Positions 32,701-47,395 of a stretch of DNA of 64,000 nucleotides are shown piece by piece. How positions within the stretch are numbered: position 1 is the stretch's first letter; every line of letters begins with the position of its first letter. The translations under genes were made by a program, and so were the position numbers. Source of the DNA: the human T2T-CHM13v2.0 reference genome, Homo sapiens; assembly GCF_009914755.1 (NCBI RefSeq), contig NC_060929.1, one strand, 5' to 3'. The notes beneath the pieces were generated by a model, which was given only the letters and a program-made list of their open reading frames with translations, was not told where the DNA came from and ran no database searches.

Positions 32701-33543
32701 ATTAAAGAGTGCAGTTACTTGAAAAAAATCCAGCAACCACTATTTTGCTTACTTGTAGTCAATCTGTTGGTGGAAGGGGAACTCAGTTTTTGAACTTTCT
32801 ATTCGTCAAGATCTTAGAATATATTTATTACATTTGGGTCTAAAACAGGTATATTAAAACACTTATGCTGGAACTGAGACATCTGACTTTGCTTTGCCTT
32901 TTTCAAGTCGTGTGACCCCTGCAGTCTCTCTTCACCCACAGTGGTTGGTGATTCCCTGTCTGGCGGTTTCCAATTATATTGTTCATTGTTCTCTATGTGT
33001 GAGCATGTTTGTTTCTTTAGATTATAAACCCTAGTGAGGAAGGAGATGGAATCTTGTTGGTCTTCTCTCCATCCCCCAGACACAGAGCCTTGCAAATAAT
33101 AGGTGCTCACCAGCTAAGTAATGCATTTAATTTGATTCTTGAGATAATATAAAGCAGTCAGTAAAGTCAGCCTTTCTTAGTAAGGAACTGTGTAACAGGA
33201 AGTATCCTGCTTCTTATTCATTCATAATCTAGTGAAATGACAACAGGGTGAGACACTTTAGATCATATTGGAACAAGATGAGATATAAATATAATATTTT
33301 ATTGGATGACTCTGCTGCCTCTAGAGGAACTTGGTGCAGACATTCGTGTTTGATGCATGTTGTTGGGGGTAGAAGGAGGTAGACAGCTTGGACCTATGTG
33401 GGTTGCCCACTCCCTTGTAGGGAGGACTCATGCCTGACACCTCATAGTGGGCATCAGGCCTGTGTTCTGTGACGAAGGTGAGGATGGCCACATTCCCCAC
33501 CTGATGTCTCTATTATACTGGAGGAGTTGACACACACAAAATA

Positions 33544-33567
33544 GCTGAGTCACAGGCTGAGTCAGCA
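33544..33567. promoter_or_regulatory. Tandem AP-1/ARE/MARE-like sites in FGF1 intron 2
   Basis: GCTGAGTCACAGGCTGAGTCAGCA contains two TGAGTCA cores 12 bp apart, both flanked by GC. Confidence 0.5.
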
Positions 33568-35342
33568 GGCCAGATCAGCGGTGCTCCGTCCCTCCACCAG
33601 GATTTGTTAGCACTCATTATGCACTTGGTACAATGCTGAAGACATGTGGCTTAACTATTGATTCATGTCTATTGTTTAAATTGTCTTCTTTTTTATATTT
33701 GGCATGTTTCCCCTCCCACCCTAAATTACATAGGTGACATATACTTACTGTAAAAAAAAAATTGGAAAATACAGGAAGTTATTCACATATTATAAAATCA
33801 CCCATTCTCCACCCCCAGAGATAACTATATCAGTATTTTGATATATAGCCTTTCAAACTTAAAAAAAATATACATATCCTTTCCACACACACAAGTTTGA
33901 ATCAGGATGGATTAGTGCCTAAATTTTGTGAAGAGCATGAAGCAGAGCTTTGAGATATCTTAGAACTTCTCTTTATCAATGGGGAAAATGCAAACATTCT
34001 TAGGCGTAATATACTAAGATCATATTTCAGGTGAATTGTAGTGATGGCCACGGCTATGGTGGGAGAAGGGGGTGCCTGGAGCCTATCGGAAATTAGATTC
34101 TGGGAGTTCTCCCTCAATATTTTTATATAAGTGAAAGCAGGTTACAATAAACGTCAAAATTTATTTAAAGAGGGAAAAGCCATAAAACTGTGGCATAACC
34201 TAAGACACAGTGAGGGTGAGGGGCTTCTAAGCTGATGACTTGTCTTACAGCCACCACTGGTCTGTGACGTGCCAGCCACTCTGATGGGCGCGTTCTGTGT
34301 GTTGCACCACTGAACCCATGTACGCTCTGTGTGAGGCGGTTATGATCCATGACTGTCCTCATTTTAGACAAAGCTCAGAGTGGGTAAGTGACTTGCCAGA
34401 GTGGCAGAGGCGTGAGATTCAATCATGAGTCTGAGACTAAGCGATTGACTGATGGATTGATTTTACTACCACTTGGAAGAACTACCTTAAAAAAATCCCC
34501 TACTGCCAAACCCCTTAAAGCCGTCCCAGGTGATCTGTACTGAGCACATAGCATTTTAGAGGTTACCTATTACGCTGATGATTTAATCTCCTGATCCCTA
34601 GTGGGCAGTGAGAGGAAACGAAGCTGTGTTCACATTGGGACCCTTGGCTGAGATGACAACTTCAAGAGAGGGTTTCTGTGCCCTCTGTCACTTGGCAATT
34701 CGATGTAAGTTGAAGCTCCAGACTAAAATTCCCCCTACTGACTGTCTTTTTGAAGACATCTTCATAAAAGGGAGGAAAGGGGTGTGGATTGGGCTAGGAA
34801 TTACAGCCAAGCCTTAGTTTATCAACTGTTAGGATACAGAGGAGGGAACATTAAAATCTAGAAATAACTTCAAAACCCGCAGTCATTGGTTTAAGCTGTC
34901 TCTCCAGTTAACTCCTGTCACAGAGATACCAATAGGGGCAAAATCACATTGCCTCTATTTCTATTCCTTTCCCATAAAGACCTATCTATACATGGTCAAA
35001 CCTGTATAAAGCACTAGCTATGATAGGGAAAGGGCAGGGAACATGGAGGATTTTAGCTACTGAAGAAACAATTAGACTATGCCTCTCCATTGCAGCTCAT
35101 TCATCCTCACACCCTTTCAGTACCTAACATGGCACTTAGACACAGGAGACATTTGATAAATGTTGAATTAAGTTATTAAGCTTTCTATCCTTTTAGGTGA
35201 TCCTTTCAGAATAAAAGGGGCTATTTTCAAAGTTTTGTGCATGACATATAAACTATGAAAGCCCAGGCTCTGCCATTTGTGTAAAAAGCAATAAGAGACA
35301 CACCTATAGCACGTAGTACCTAGGTACTCAAGAAACATTTTT

Positions 35343-35671
<329 letters not shown>

Positions 35672-35951
35672 TTAGATATTCTAAAATGAGTGATTGAAGA
35701 GTTACCAAAACATCAATCAATCTTTACTCTGTGTTTATATGATAATACATTTGAGAGTTTTGAGAGAATACTACAAGAAACTCTTTTATGTTTGTGCCTA
35801 AAATAAAGCAGAGTGAGGGTGGGAATCCTTCTGGAAAAAATAACAAACAGAGACTAATTGTTGCTTTATAGTTTGCCTCACTCCATGTAACAAGATTTCT
35901 GGAAACCTCAAACCTTGGCCACGTCTGGAAGCATGTCAGCTTCATACTTAC

Positions 35952-36055
35952 TGAGCCGTATAAAAGCCCGTCGGTGTCCATGGCCAAGTACTGGCCAGTC
36001 TCGGTACTCTTTATATACACCTCCCCCACGCTTTCCGCACTGAGCTGCAGCTGAA
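35952..36055 (-). CDS. FGF1: FGF1 coding exon 2 (104 nt)
   Basis: Acceptor ttattccag|TT and donor TCA|gtaagt. Encodes (I)[34 protein letters not shown] in frame with exon 1. Confidence 0.99.
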
Positions 36056-36785
36056 CTGGAATAAAAATAACACGAGCAAAAGTAAATAAACACTACGCTT
36101 TTGCCGATAGGACCCGGCAGCCAGGATAGTTGGCCATGGAAAATTCTGCTCATTCATTTCACGGAGCCCTCAGGGATGAGCCTCAGATTAATCAAAACAT
36201 AGAAATACAGTCCCTTTTTCTTTGCCTTCCAAAGAAAGCTGTCCATTGGAAATTACGTCCTTGGGAAAGGAAGGAGAGACAACGGCCGGCTCACCTACCT
36301 GTCCACCCTGTTGGTTACAAAATGACCCTGAGTGCACCTTCACGGTGCCTCGCTCCTTTCTTTCTGTCACTTGTAGGAAAATAATCACAGGAGGAAATGG
36401 CACTCACTCCCCCGGGCTCCCTCATCCCTGCAATCTTGGGATGCCATAGAGTAGGATCTGGCCAGCCTGCATGTGTTCTGCTTTCATTATCAACCTGCAC
36501 AGGGGTGCCTTTTAATTGTCTGGGCCTTCTAGTCATGGGAGAGATTCCTGTCCGCAGATCGTTATTTTATAAAATCTGAGATTGCTGTTTTCCCTGAGAC
36601 AGAAGAGGTTCCCAGGGAGTTAGGACTGGTTGCCACATATGAAACTCGGGGAACTCCCTCACAATGAAGTTTCCGTCAATCCCTCAGCCTCTATGGCAAC
36701 CCACCTGGGGTAGAGGCAGAGGGGAGATCACCAGCTTCTGATGGGGGGAGAATGAAGCCGTTACCTGGAAATGCAGTGATGAGAA

Positions 36786-37001
36786 CAGTGGTTCTCAACT
36801 GGGGGTGATTTTGCTCCAAAGGGGACATTTGGCAATCTCTGAAGACAGTTTCTGTTGTCACAGCTAGGGGGGGCGGGTGCTACTGGCATCTAGTGGGTAG
36901 AGGCCAGAGATGCTGCTAACATCCTACAATGCACAGGGCAGCCCCCAACAGCAAAGAATTTTCCAGCCCAAAAGTCAGCAGCGTCCAGGTTGAGAAACCT
37001 G
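36786..37001 (+). mobile_element. MER20 (hAT-Charlie)
   Basis: CAGTGGTTCTCAAC...GGGACATTTGGCAAT...GCTACTGGCATCTAGTGGGTAGAGGCCAG...GTTGAGAAACCTG. Confidence 0.9.
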
Positions 37002-37303
37002 GAGATGGAGGGAAAGGACTATGAGTTACAGAGTCACACTCTCCTCATTCACACTGATTGACACTCCCAAGGTGCTGGACACTTAATTGGAATCCAATGT
37101 CCATTTGATAATTATTAACTTGTTTATTCACCCTAGGGTGCCCTCTTGAGAAAGGTGCTTTGATAATTCACATTTGGGAATTGGAATTAATTCTAGACTC
37201 TTCGGGATAATTTATTTGGTCACTAGACCGTCACAACCATCATTACAACTAGGAGTGAAATCTAGACCAGGAACCAGTGGCTGCCCAATAGTTAGTTCCC
37301 TAG

Positions 37304-37736
<433 letters not shown>

Positions 37737-38399
37737 TAATTTAATTTCTTTGAATAGGAAATATACTTCCATTTTCCCAAACAGCAGAGGAGATAGTGAA
37801 AAGCTTCGTTCTGGAGTGCACATCTCCTGGGGGGATGCAGAAACAAGGAAACCCCTCCTAGACACCTTGTGTGTGTATCCTTTCTAGAGAGCTTGTGTGC
37901 GTATATTGCAAAAGACATACTATCTCATACTAATGGTAATGTACTGAGCACACAGTTCTGCACCTTGCTTTTTTTTTTGCTTAACAACTAATTGTAGATC
38001 TTTCTACATCAGGATGGAAAGAGTAAACTTCTTTCTTCTTGCTGATTGAATTGTGTTCCATTATGTAGCTATACCATAATTGTTTAACCATTTCTCTGTT
38101 AATATGCCTGTATTTTCTTATTTCTCTTTGCCTTCCTTATCTCCTGATTCACCCCCAGGATGATTCATAGTTTCATCACCTTTACCTAAGATGCAATTCT
38201 CCCTTCCTTGGAAGTCTTTGCTATAGAGACTCAGGACTTCCTCTAGCTTCCAGTGGCAACTGGAGTTTATTTAATTCACAGGAAGGAACTGGAAGCCACT
38301 GATGCACTTTCTCACGGGTCCTCCTAGGAATGGTTAGCTCTGAGAGTGTAGCCGTGAGGGAACAGGCCTATGGGCCTCCACTGTAAGCTGGGCCCTGCT

Positions 38400-38882
38400 C
38401 TCTCGAGCCTTCAGTCACACCACTTGCTCGCTCTTTCTGCTCCTATTAAACTTCAAACTTTCCCTGTTTTCCTGGGATCTTTGCACATGCTATAGCCTTC
38501 TCTCTGGGACATTCTTCCTCCAGATATTCACAAGGTCCTTCTCCTCCAGGCCTCAGCCTAAATATCCTAAAAGAGGCCCTCCCCAGAGTGTGTGACACTC
38601 TGCGCACGGGGTCCTTTCATCCCCACCCCATTCTCCCTGCCAATACCACCCTCCCCCACATCCTCTTCCTCCTCTGCCCCTTGTTTCTTTCATGGCACTT
38701 AGTACAACATGCAATGATTTTATTATCTAGGGAGCTACTGATCTATTTCTGCCTCCTCAGGAAAGTGTACACTCTGAGAGGAAGGGCAGAGATCTTGTCC
38801 TGTTCCCTCTGGGGTCCTCAGCACCTCCTACAGTGCCCTGCACACAGGGGGCAGTCTACATTATTTGGTGAATGAATGGTGT
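38400..38882 (+). mobile_element. L2 3' fragment
   Basis: CTTTGCACATGCT...CAGTGCCCTGCACACAG...TGAATGAATG. Confidence 0.65.
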
Positions 38883-39139
38883 TGGGCTAATATTGGCAGA
38901 GATGATTCTCCTGGCCCATTATCAATAAGCTGTGCACTTTGAATTATGTCTCCAATAACTCTCTGAGGGGGGCAGTAAGATGGGACCACGTGGAGAGTTG
39001 TAAGGCTCAAGGCTGGGCTCTGAGCTGAGTGATCTTGGCTAGGCTGCATAGCCTCTTAGACACAGTCTCTTTTTCAGTAAAATGAGGGGTATTTGCGCTC
39101 AGTCTCCATAAAGTTATTTCTCAGTCTAACAGTCTATGG

Positions 39140-39530
39140 AGCAAGTAGATACATGGAATGCCAATAGAATATTCTTTGGCAATAAAAAGGAACAGAGTTC
39201 TGAGGCATGCCACAACACAGATGAGTCTGGAAACAGTGCTGAGTGGGAAGAAAGCATCACAAAGGACCATGTGTTTTATGTTTCCATTTAAATGAAATGT
39301 CCAGAATAGGCAAATCCATAAAGACAGCAAGTAGATTCAGGGTATCCAGGGCCAGGGTGGGTGGAGATGGGGGAATTATGGTTAAAAGGCATGGGGCTTC
39401 TTTTGGAAAATATTCTAAAATGGATTGTGGTGTTGGTTGCACAACTCTGTTAAGTTGTAAGAAAATCCATTGCATTGTACAACTTAAATAGGTGAATTGT
39501 ATGGTATGTGTGTTATCTCAATAAAGCTGG
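39140..39530 (+). mobile_element. L1MB-like 3' end
   Basis: ATGAAATGTCCAGAATAGGCAAATCCATA...GGTTGCACAACTCTG...ATCTCAATAAAGCTG. Confidence 0.85.
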
Positions 39531-40339
39531 TTTTTTTTTAAATGGTTATCAGACTTTATGGTTTTCAGAGAACCTTCACATATACTTTTGTGTCAATTTC
39601 TCAGCATAATCCTATATGTTTAAGAGAGATCAAAGGAAGGGGCTAACTTTTATTGATCACCTACAATGTGCCAGGCACCATGCTAGTTTCTATCTTGATA
39701 TAAACAGTATAAAATTAAAGAGTGTGGGCTCCAGAACACAACTGCATGAACTCAAGTTCTGCTTGGCTGCCTATTAGCTGTGTGATCATCGGGCAAAGTA
39801 TTTGCCTCTGTTTCCTTATCTATAGTGGGAGTTGTTGTAAGGGCTAATGCATGGAAAGTGGCCAGTACTCGTATGACTGTTTCCTCTGTGCTTTTGTGGC
39901 CTTTTCTCCTCGAAGTGTTCCCTGGAGGAAGGTGGTGCTTGCTCTGTCCTTTGGTGAAGAGCTGAAGTTTGGTGAGAGTGTGTTTTATGCAATGTTATAC
40001 TTCTAAGAAGGGGAAAAATCATGACCAGACCCCAGGTCGAGTACTCCAAGTATCCTACTTTTTCCTGTCTTTCACACAATCTCTTGGGCTCCAATTATGG
40101 GAATGGATTGATCCAAATCCAGCGATACTCTCCTGCTTGGACCCTCTTGTGTTCAAGATCACACATGGACAAGATGGTGGGTGGCCATCCAGGATCCCAT
40201 CTGTAGCCATGGAATGGAGTGAGGTTAGTTGCCTGGGACTCTTTTCAACCTATCGCCCATATATGTAGATATTTAGTCAAACACATTATAGGTGCGACAG
40301 AAACCCCAAAGGGGAGGTCTTTTTAGGTAATCAAGGAAG

Positions 40340-40670
40340 TTTTTTTTGTTTGTTTGTTTCTTTTTTCTTTCTTTTGAGATGGAGTCTCACTCTGTTGCCC
40401 AGGCTGGAGTGCTGTGGTGTGATCTCAGCTCACTGCAACCTCCACCTCCCAGTTCAAGCGATTCTCCTGTCTCAGCTTCCCAGGTAGCTGGGATTACAGG
40501 CACGCACCATCATGCCTGGCTAGTTTTTTTTTTTTTTTTTTTGTATTTTTAGTAGAGACAGGGTTTCATCATGTTGGCCAGGATGGTCTTAAACTCCTGA
40601 CTTCAGGCGATCCACCCCCCTCGGCCTCCCAAAATGCCGGGATTACAGGCATGAGCCACCGTGCCCAGCC
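40340..40670 (-). mobile_element. Alu (AluS-type)
   Basis: Reverse Alu with target-site duplication AATCAA(G/A)GAAG. Confidence 0.94.
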
Positions 40671-41460
40671 AATCAAAGAAGATTTTTAAAAAGCTTTTCA
40701 TTTCCTATGCATTTCTGTTTTGCTGCCTTCAATAGCACCCACTTGTCTGGCCATGGGGCTGAATAGGGTTGGCTTTGCCATCTGTGGAGTTCCATCATGG
40801 CCATGAAGAGGCCTCATAGAGGTAAACAAGAGCCAGAGGCCTGCTTAGCACATGACTTCAGCCCTCAGCCATGAGTCCCGACACCAGGTTTGTTGTGCCG
40901 GTGAGAGTTCGTCTCAAAAGTTTCCTCTGTAAATATTATTTCTCCAGGATGTCCAAGTTTCATAGCTCATTTTCACTAGATTTCTTTCTGGCTAAGTTTC
41001 CTAAACATATATCCTTCTGCAAGTAGGGCTGGCAGGAAGGAGCAACACCCAGGCTGAGCGGCTCGTGTAGCTGGCTTGGTGTCCAGCTCTCTAGTGTGAC
41101 TTCATTCCAGTTTTCCAGACCTACATCCTCTTGCAGCTGCTGCTGAGGACAGGCAAGGAAGGAGAGAGCATGAGAAAGTGGGGCCTTGGGAAGAGAGGGA
41201 GGGGCTGGCCACACAGCAGCAGCTTTTTCCTCGGGTAGCAGCTCAGGGTTGGGGGACAGAAAACCATTCAGTCAACACATATTCATCTACTAGGTGCTGG
41301 GACTTACGCTCAGCGCCAGCCATGGTCCCTGCACTTGGGGCTTCTGCATGATTAGGGATACAGACAAATGAACCTGGGAGTGATACAGCAACACAATAAC
41401 AAAAGCTGCAATTGTTTTTGAGCTAAAAGCAAACAAAAGCACAAAATCTGCAACATTCTT

Positions 41461-41465
41461 TCTCT

Positions 41466-41503
<38 letters not shown>

Positions 41504-41504
41504 A
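41461..41504. repeat. (TC)n(TG)n microsatellite
   Basis: Read directly from the sequence. Confidence 0.95.
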
Positions 41505-41628
41505 GTTTTTTTTTTTAATCCCCTTTCAAAGAAAGGTAGAATATAACATACAGTGAAAAAAACTAAATTGCAATGGGAGAATATAGTAAATCCTTGATGA
41601 AAATCATATTAAAAAACACAATGCATTC

Positions 41629-42043
<415 letters not shown>

Positions 42044-43751
42044 CTAACTCTATTTCTTTATAAACAGTTCTGAGGTAAGAACAGCCAGCTGGTGACACTG
42101 GAGGACTCTGAGTGATAGGATTCCTAGTGTTTGCTGGTGTTTAGTCTATATCTAGTGCATAGTTTTCTATTTTACTACGTATGCATGAACTATGCATATT
42201 GTTTTGTGTATTTTACAAAATTTTCATCAGGGATTTGCTATGATCTCCCCTGATTCTCCTTCATACATTTTAGGATGGTAGCTGATGTGTTAAAGCTCCG
42301 TTCATAGTCAATGGGACACTTAGAGCTGGCCAAGACTCCCACTTTTTGTTCCTCGTGACCCCTGAGATGTTTTATGACCCAGCTTAGGTTTGAGTCCATG
42401 TTGCATCTAGACCAGAGCATAGGCACTTATAAAAGGTGGGTCTTCTTGGGGGCAGACAGGGACCCAGGAGAAATGGGGAGGCAGGACGGGTGGATGAGGC
42501 ACCTCTAAAGCTCTAACTTCTCTGTCCACTCCCTTTTTCAATACCCCCCGACCAGGTTAGCGCACAGAGCAAATGAGGAGCAAGCACTCTTCTTTATCCC
42601 ATACGGGGATCTAGGAGTTGCTATCTATGAACAGGAAGGTCAGTGTCTCTCAAGTATCCCAGGGATGAAGGGGCAAGTACTTTTTGAAAAACAAGATACG
42701 TCCATGGTCTGTAGGGTACTTCATTTTCCCCTTCTGAAATGGGGACATTAACAATTAATTTAGCTGAAGAAATGGAAAGCAACTTTTAAAAAGGTACTCT
42801 AACGATAGAAATTTCTTGGAGAAATTCAAACTCAGATAAAGCATTGTAAAAATGTACGGGAAGAGGGCTGGAAGTGTTTACTTGGTGGATTTGTGACTGT
42901 ATGTGCCCGCAATAGAATCCAGAGTCCTGCTCCTTTACTAAGAATGAGTTAAGAAGTGTTGGTTTGAAAACAGCCTATTTGTCAGAACTACATGTCAATG
43001 AAACTGAAATGTGCAAACTCACCTTTGTGGGTCATGGTCTTCCTTGTCCCATGCTCATTATTTAAACTGCTTCACGAGTCCCTGCATACCTGGGAAACCT
43101 ACATAAAGGGGAGCCCAGAGCTTTTGCATGGCTGTGCTAGCCCGCAACTCACTGTTCACACCTTTTGTCTGAGGAACTAAGTTTGTAGCTTTGGTTTTCT
43201 CCTCTGCTCCCCAAAGCCTTCCATTAGGTCTTAGCAGTAGTTTGTTCACAGTAAGAATAGCAATCCCTTACTTTCCAAAGGTAGAAAAAAGGAAAAAGGG
43301 TTATGATCCTGCCAGTGCCAAGAGAAGTCAACTTTGAGGTCTTGCACCCTGTTTCTGAGCCCCAAGCTATCCTAGCATCTTCCTGTCCCATCCCAGGCAA
43401 ATGTAACGATAAGACCACAACTGGTGCATTCAATGAGGAAAATGCCTGGAGAGAGAGGTTCTGCTTCTGTAGCATGTCTGTCTGTGGCCTCTAAGCCTGC
43501 TTTCCGCCTCTGCTCTCCAAAGAGAGGCCAAGAGAGATTATGTGCCTGGTTTATTCTGGGTTGGAGACTTCCCGTCCTTTGCCGTGTTTACCCAAAGTGA
43601 GGTCAGCCTCATTCAGAAATTGGTGCGGTTGTTTTATGTCAGTGACATTTATAATTAAAATGTAGCCACAAGCCGGGATTGGTAAAACATTAGAGAAAGA
43701 CAGAGAAGGGGAAAAATCGAATTTGGGGGAAAATAATTCCAGTGGTAAAAA

Positions 43752-43794
43752 ATATATATATATGCATATACATATATATAAATATATATACACA

Positions 43795-43846
<52 letters not shown>

Positions 43847-44063
43847 TATATGTAAATATATATGAAAAAAAAAACCTTATCTTAAAAGGTGTCTGCTTCT
43901 TTAAGGTCTGAAAAAGTTGTCTGGAAAATTTTGATACAGTCCAGAGACTGAATGACATATATATATACACACACACATATATATCATATATATATAGTAT
44001 ATATACACATATATATCATATATATATAGTATATGTGATATATTATGTGTGTGTGTGTGTGTA
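43752..44063. repeat. TA/CA/TG microsatellite clusters
   Basis: Two blocks, at ~43752-43863 and ~43957-44063. Confidence 0.92.
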
Positions 44064-44974
44064 TTTTAAAGTTTATGTATAAAAATCCTCTATGTAATCA
44101 GATGAGGGTTGTGGGGAGGAGGGCAAGGAGTCCTTCCCATCACATATGACCGAGGTGAGAGAACCCTGTCGCGGAGTACATTCCTGCCTGGAGACCTCCC
44201 CTTCTCTCTGACTTCTGGCAGTGGGGTCCAGCTCTCCCCATCGTGGTCATTTGAAAAACTGTTTTGACTTCGGGTCTATGTTGGTGGGGAATAAAGTGCC
44301 TTAACTGCTAGGTGCTGAGTGATCCCAACCAGAAAATAGAAGTCTGGACTCCCCTAAAGCAACAGGGCAGGAGGCATTTCATGAAGAGGAATCTGCCCTT
44401 TAGAAAGGGCTGCAAGGTAGGATTGTTTTGACCAGTGAACTCTGCTAGCGCCTTTAGGATGTGGCTTGATTTATAAATATTTGATTGGCACGCACTTTGC
44501 TTAAGAACATTTCCATTTGTGCAGTGAGTGGTGCCGGTAATTCTGCTCCCCACGTAGTCTCTTGCGTGCTTGGGGAGCTGAGGAGTTGTGGGTGTGGCAG
44601 GCAGCTGAAGGTTTGGAATGCTTGTGAGGAAATTATTCTCTAATTATTGTTGCAGTTATTAATCCCATTGAGGGATAAGTCATGGTCCCCCTTCACCTGA
44701 GAGGAAACTCCCCAGAAAGATCAGAGTCAATCACAGAGCAGACTTGCCCTGCCAGAGGAGTGAGATGGGGCGGGGCTTGCTGCACCTGTGTCTGGGCACA
44801 TTATGCCTCTGTGTCAGGCCTCAGGGGCTTCAACCCAGATAGTCCCAGAGAAGCTGGGACAAAGAGTCACCCTCAGTTCTGCGAGCAAGCATAGCATTCA
44901 CTTAATCTAACAGACTTGAAAGGTCAGCTGGTTAGGTGAGGAAGGCTCAGGAATCCCGGAAGAATGATGATCAA

Positions 44975-45690
44975 TACCATTTTTTTTGAGCACTTATGTG
45001 CCTAGCAGTGTGCTAAACACTCTTACAAACATTATCACATTAAAACTCCTACGTTCCTATGAGTGGGTGCTGTTGTCATTCTTGTTTTTAAAACAAGGAA
45101 ACTGAGGCACATTGAGAAGTAACTGTCCCAGGATGATACAACTGGTGAACAGCAGTGTTGGGACCCGACCTACACCCATCTGATCCATAACACAGATGTG
45201 TTTATTGAATCAGTTTGTGGGGCGGAACCACTGTCATGATGTTGGTGTCGGATGGTTGTGGGATACAGAAGGAGCCTTAATCCTGGAAGCAGAAGATGTG
45301 GTTGGTGCCAAGCCCTCCCAGTTAGGAGCTGGTCACGCCTGTCAACTGCAGTGTTCTTAGAGTGATAATAATTAGTAACTTCTCAAGGTTGTGGTTAGGT
45401 AGAAGTGAAGGAGTTCAGCATAATGCCTAGCACATATCAGGGCTCATAGATGTTTATTGAATATATTGTTGACTTTGAATTTAGCTGCCACCAATACAAT
45501 TCAGTCACTTATCAAATTAATGTTTACTGGGCATTTTACCAAGTGGCAGGCAATGTGCTAGACACAAAATTTGTAGTGTTGAGCAATGAGAGACAAAGTC
45601 CTTGTCCTCTAGGAGTCCAGTAGGAGGGAAAACCATTAAATAATCGCACAAATAAATGGAGAATTATAACCCTGAGGACAGCTGCATGGT
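44975..45690. mobile_element. Cluster of MIR and L2 fragments
   Basis: GGAAACTGAGGCAC; AATGCCTAGCACATA; AAGTCCTTGTCCTCTAGGAG. Confidence 0.6.
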
Positions 45691-47159
45691 ACGTGAGACA
45701 CTCCTCAATGCTTGTGTCCAAAATGGAACTGGCCATCTTCCCCTGGACCTGATCTTCTTCCAGGACCTCCCCCTCTCATGGTGACACCACTTATGTGTCC
45801 CCCTGAGCTGAAGCTTAGGGGACAACATGAACCTTCTCACAAACTGTGCCCATCAGCCCTGGAATCTATGCAGCACTCCCTGGCTGATTCTGCCTGGCCT
45901 TCCTAGCATGGCAGCGTAACCAATGTTCACAGTCCATATTGGTAATTGCCTGCAGCAGCGATCTAAGGAATGGAAATGGGACAAACCAAAACCACCTTCT
46001 CTGCAGGCTAGAAGTCCACCAGTAGAGACATTTTACTCAGGTCTCTATTAGAACAGCCCACACACAAGCATCTGCCCTAGGGTTATACCACTATAAGGAA
46101 GGTTAGGTACTTGGAAACTCATTCTCCTAGAGGTAGGAAGAAGATACATTTGCCCAGGAATGATCAATGACTTGGGGACAAAGAGAAGCCGTGAAAGGAG
46201 TTATTTCTGCCTTGTAGAGCTCAAAGGCATACGGTTCTATCTTGTGTGATTTGTTTAAATTTTTCGATTGGCTTTTAGAAACGCTCTTTCTGAAGGAAGT
46301 CTTAACGTGTGACTCTGTCACTTCAGTCTCTAATTATGCTCAAACTAGTGATCAAGGAATCAAAAATATCTCCTTGCCAGGCCGTGTGGATCACATTTAG
46401 TCAGGGAGCATCCGTCTCATGCCTGGCCGAGGCAATTCTGTTTCTGAATAACCCTTGAAACTCAGAAGGGCTCTGGCAGTACCACCACTGGGCAGAAGAG
46501 GGCAACAGAACCACATTCAGGGAGTACATCCGTGCCCAGGACTCCTCTCACCTGCAGAACCCTAGTAAATAGAAGTTTCGCCCTTGTGAGGCACACTGGG
46601 CAATGCTGCCATTCCCATTCCACAGGTGAGGAAACTGAGTCTCAGCGAGACTAAATGATTTTCCTGAAAATTATCTGGGAACACTAGAGACACTTCAATT
46701 TCTAGTCAGGAAAGGACTGGAAGCGTCCCAGGGCTGGGGGGCTTGAAGCTTCTTTCGCAGAGTTTGCAAACAGAAAGAATGCATAATGGCAAGAACGTTA
46801 ATTGTCCAGGGCTGCTCCAGGTAGAAAGGGGCAGAGTAGGCTTGAACTCGAGCCTGCTGACTCTTCAGTGGAATATCCAGTTCCAGTACTGACAGGTACA
46901 CGGATGGGCTTCTGGCCACCCACCCCACTTACTCTGATCTCTGTCCTCTTGGTCCTTGTTCTTAGTTCCAGAGTAAGCAAATAATAGGCCCACACAACAA
47001 CTCCGAGTGTTGGCAGAGAGATGCTGAATCTAAGCCTGCATCTAGCCCCTTGACTTTCCTGGGTGGCAGTACTGTTAAAAAGAGGAGTCTGGAAGGTCCT
47101 TCAATACGACCCTGTGTTACCATATGCTAGGCTGATTATATGGAAAGCTTGATGATGAT

Positions 47160-47395
47160 AACTGCAATATGAACCAACACGTGCTGTGCTGTTCCTCTGT
47201 GCCAGCCACTGTGCCAAGAACTCTCACTATATTATCTCATTTAACCCTCCCAAGAAACCTGTGAGGCAAGGAATATTAGTATTCTTTTTGTACAAATGAG
47301 AAAAGTGAGGGTGAAAGGTGCAGTTGCCCAAGTTCACTTGGAAAATAATCTGGCATTCCTTGAATGCAGAAATCCTCACCTGCACTCCCAGGGCT
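47160..47395 (-). mobile_element. MIR
   Basis: ATTATCTCATTTAACCCTCC...GAAAAGTGAGG...TTGCCCAAGTTCAC. Confidence 0.7.

Noticed and set aside
35724-35951. Extension of the exon 2 ORF (VSMKLTCFQ...) into intron 2
   Set aside because: Readthrough past a consensus GTAAGT donor, with no FGF similarity and no evidence of intron retention.
43551-43976. 141-aa ORF with YIYIYI runs
   Set aside because: Translation of a TA microsatellite.
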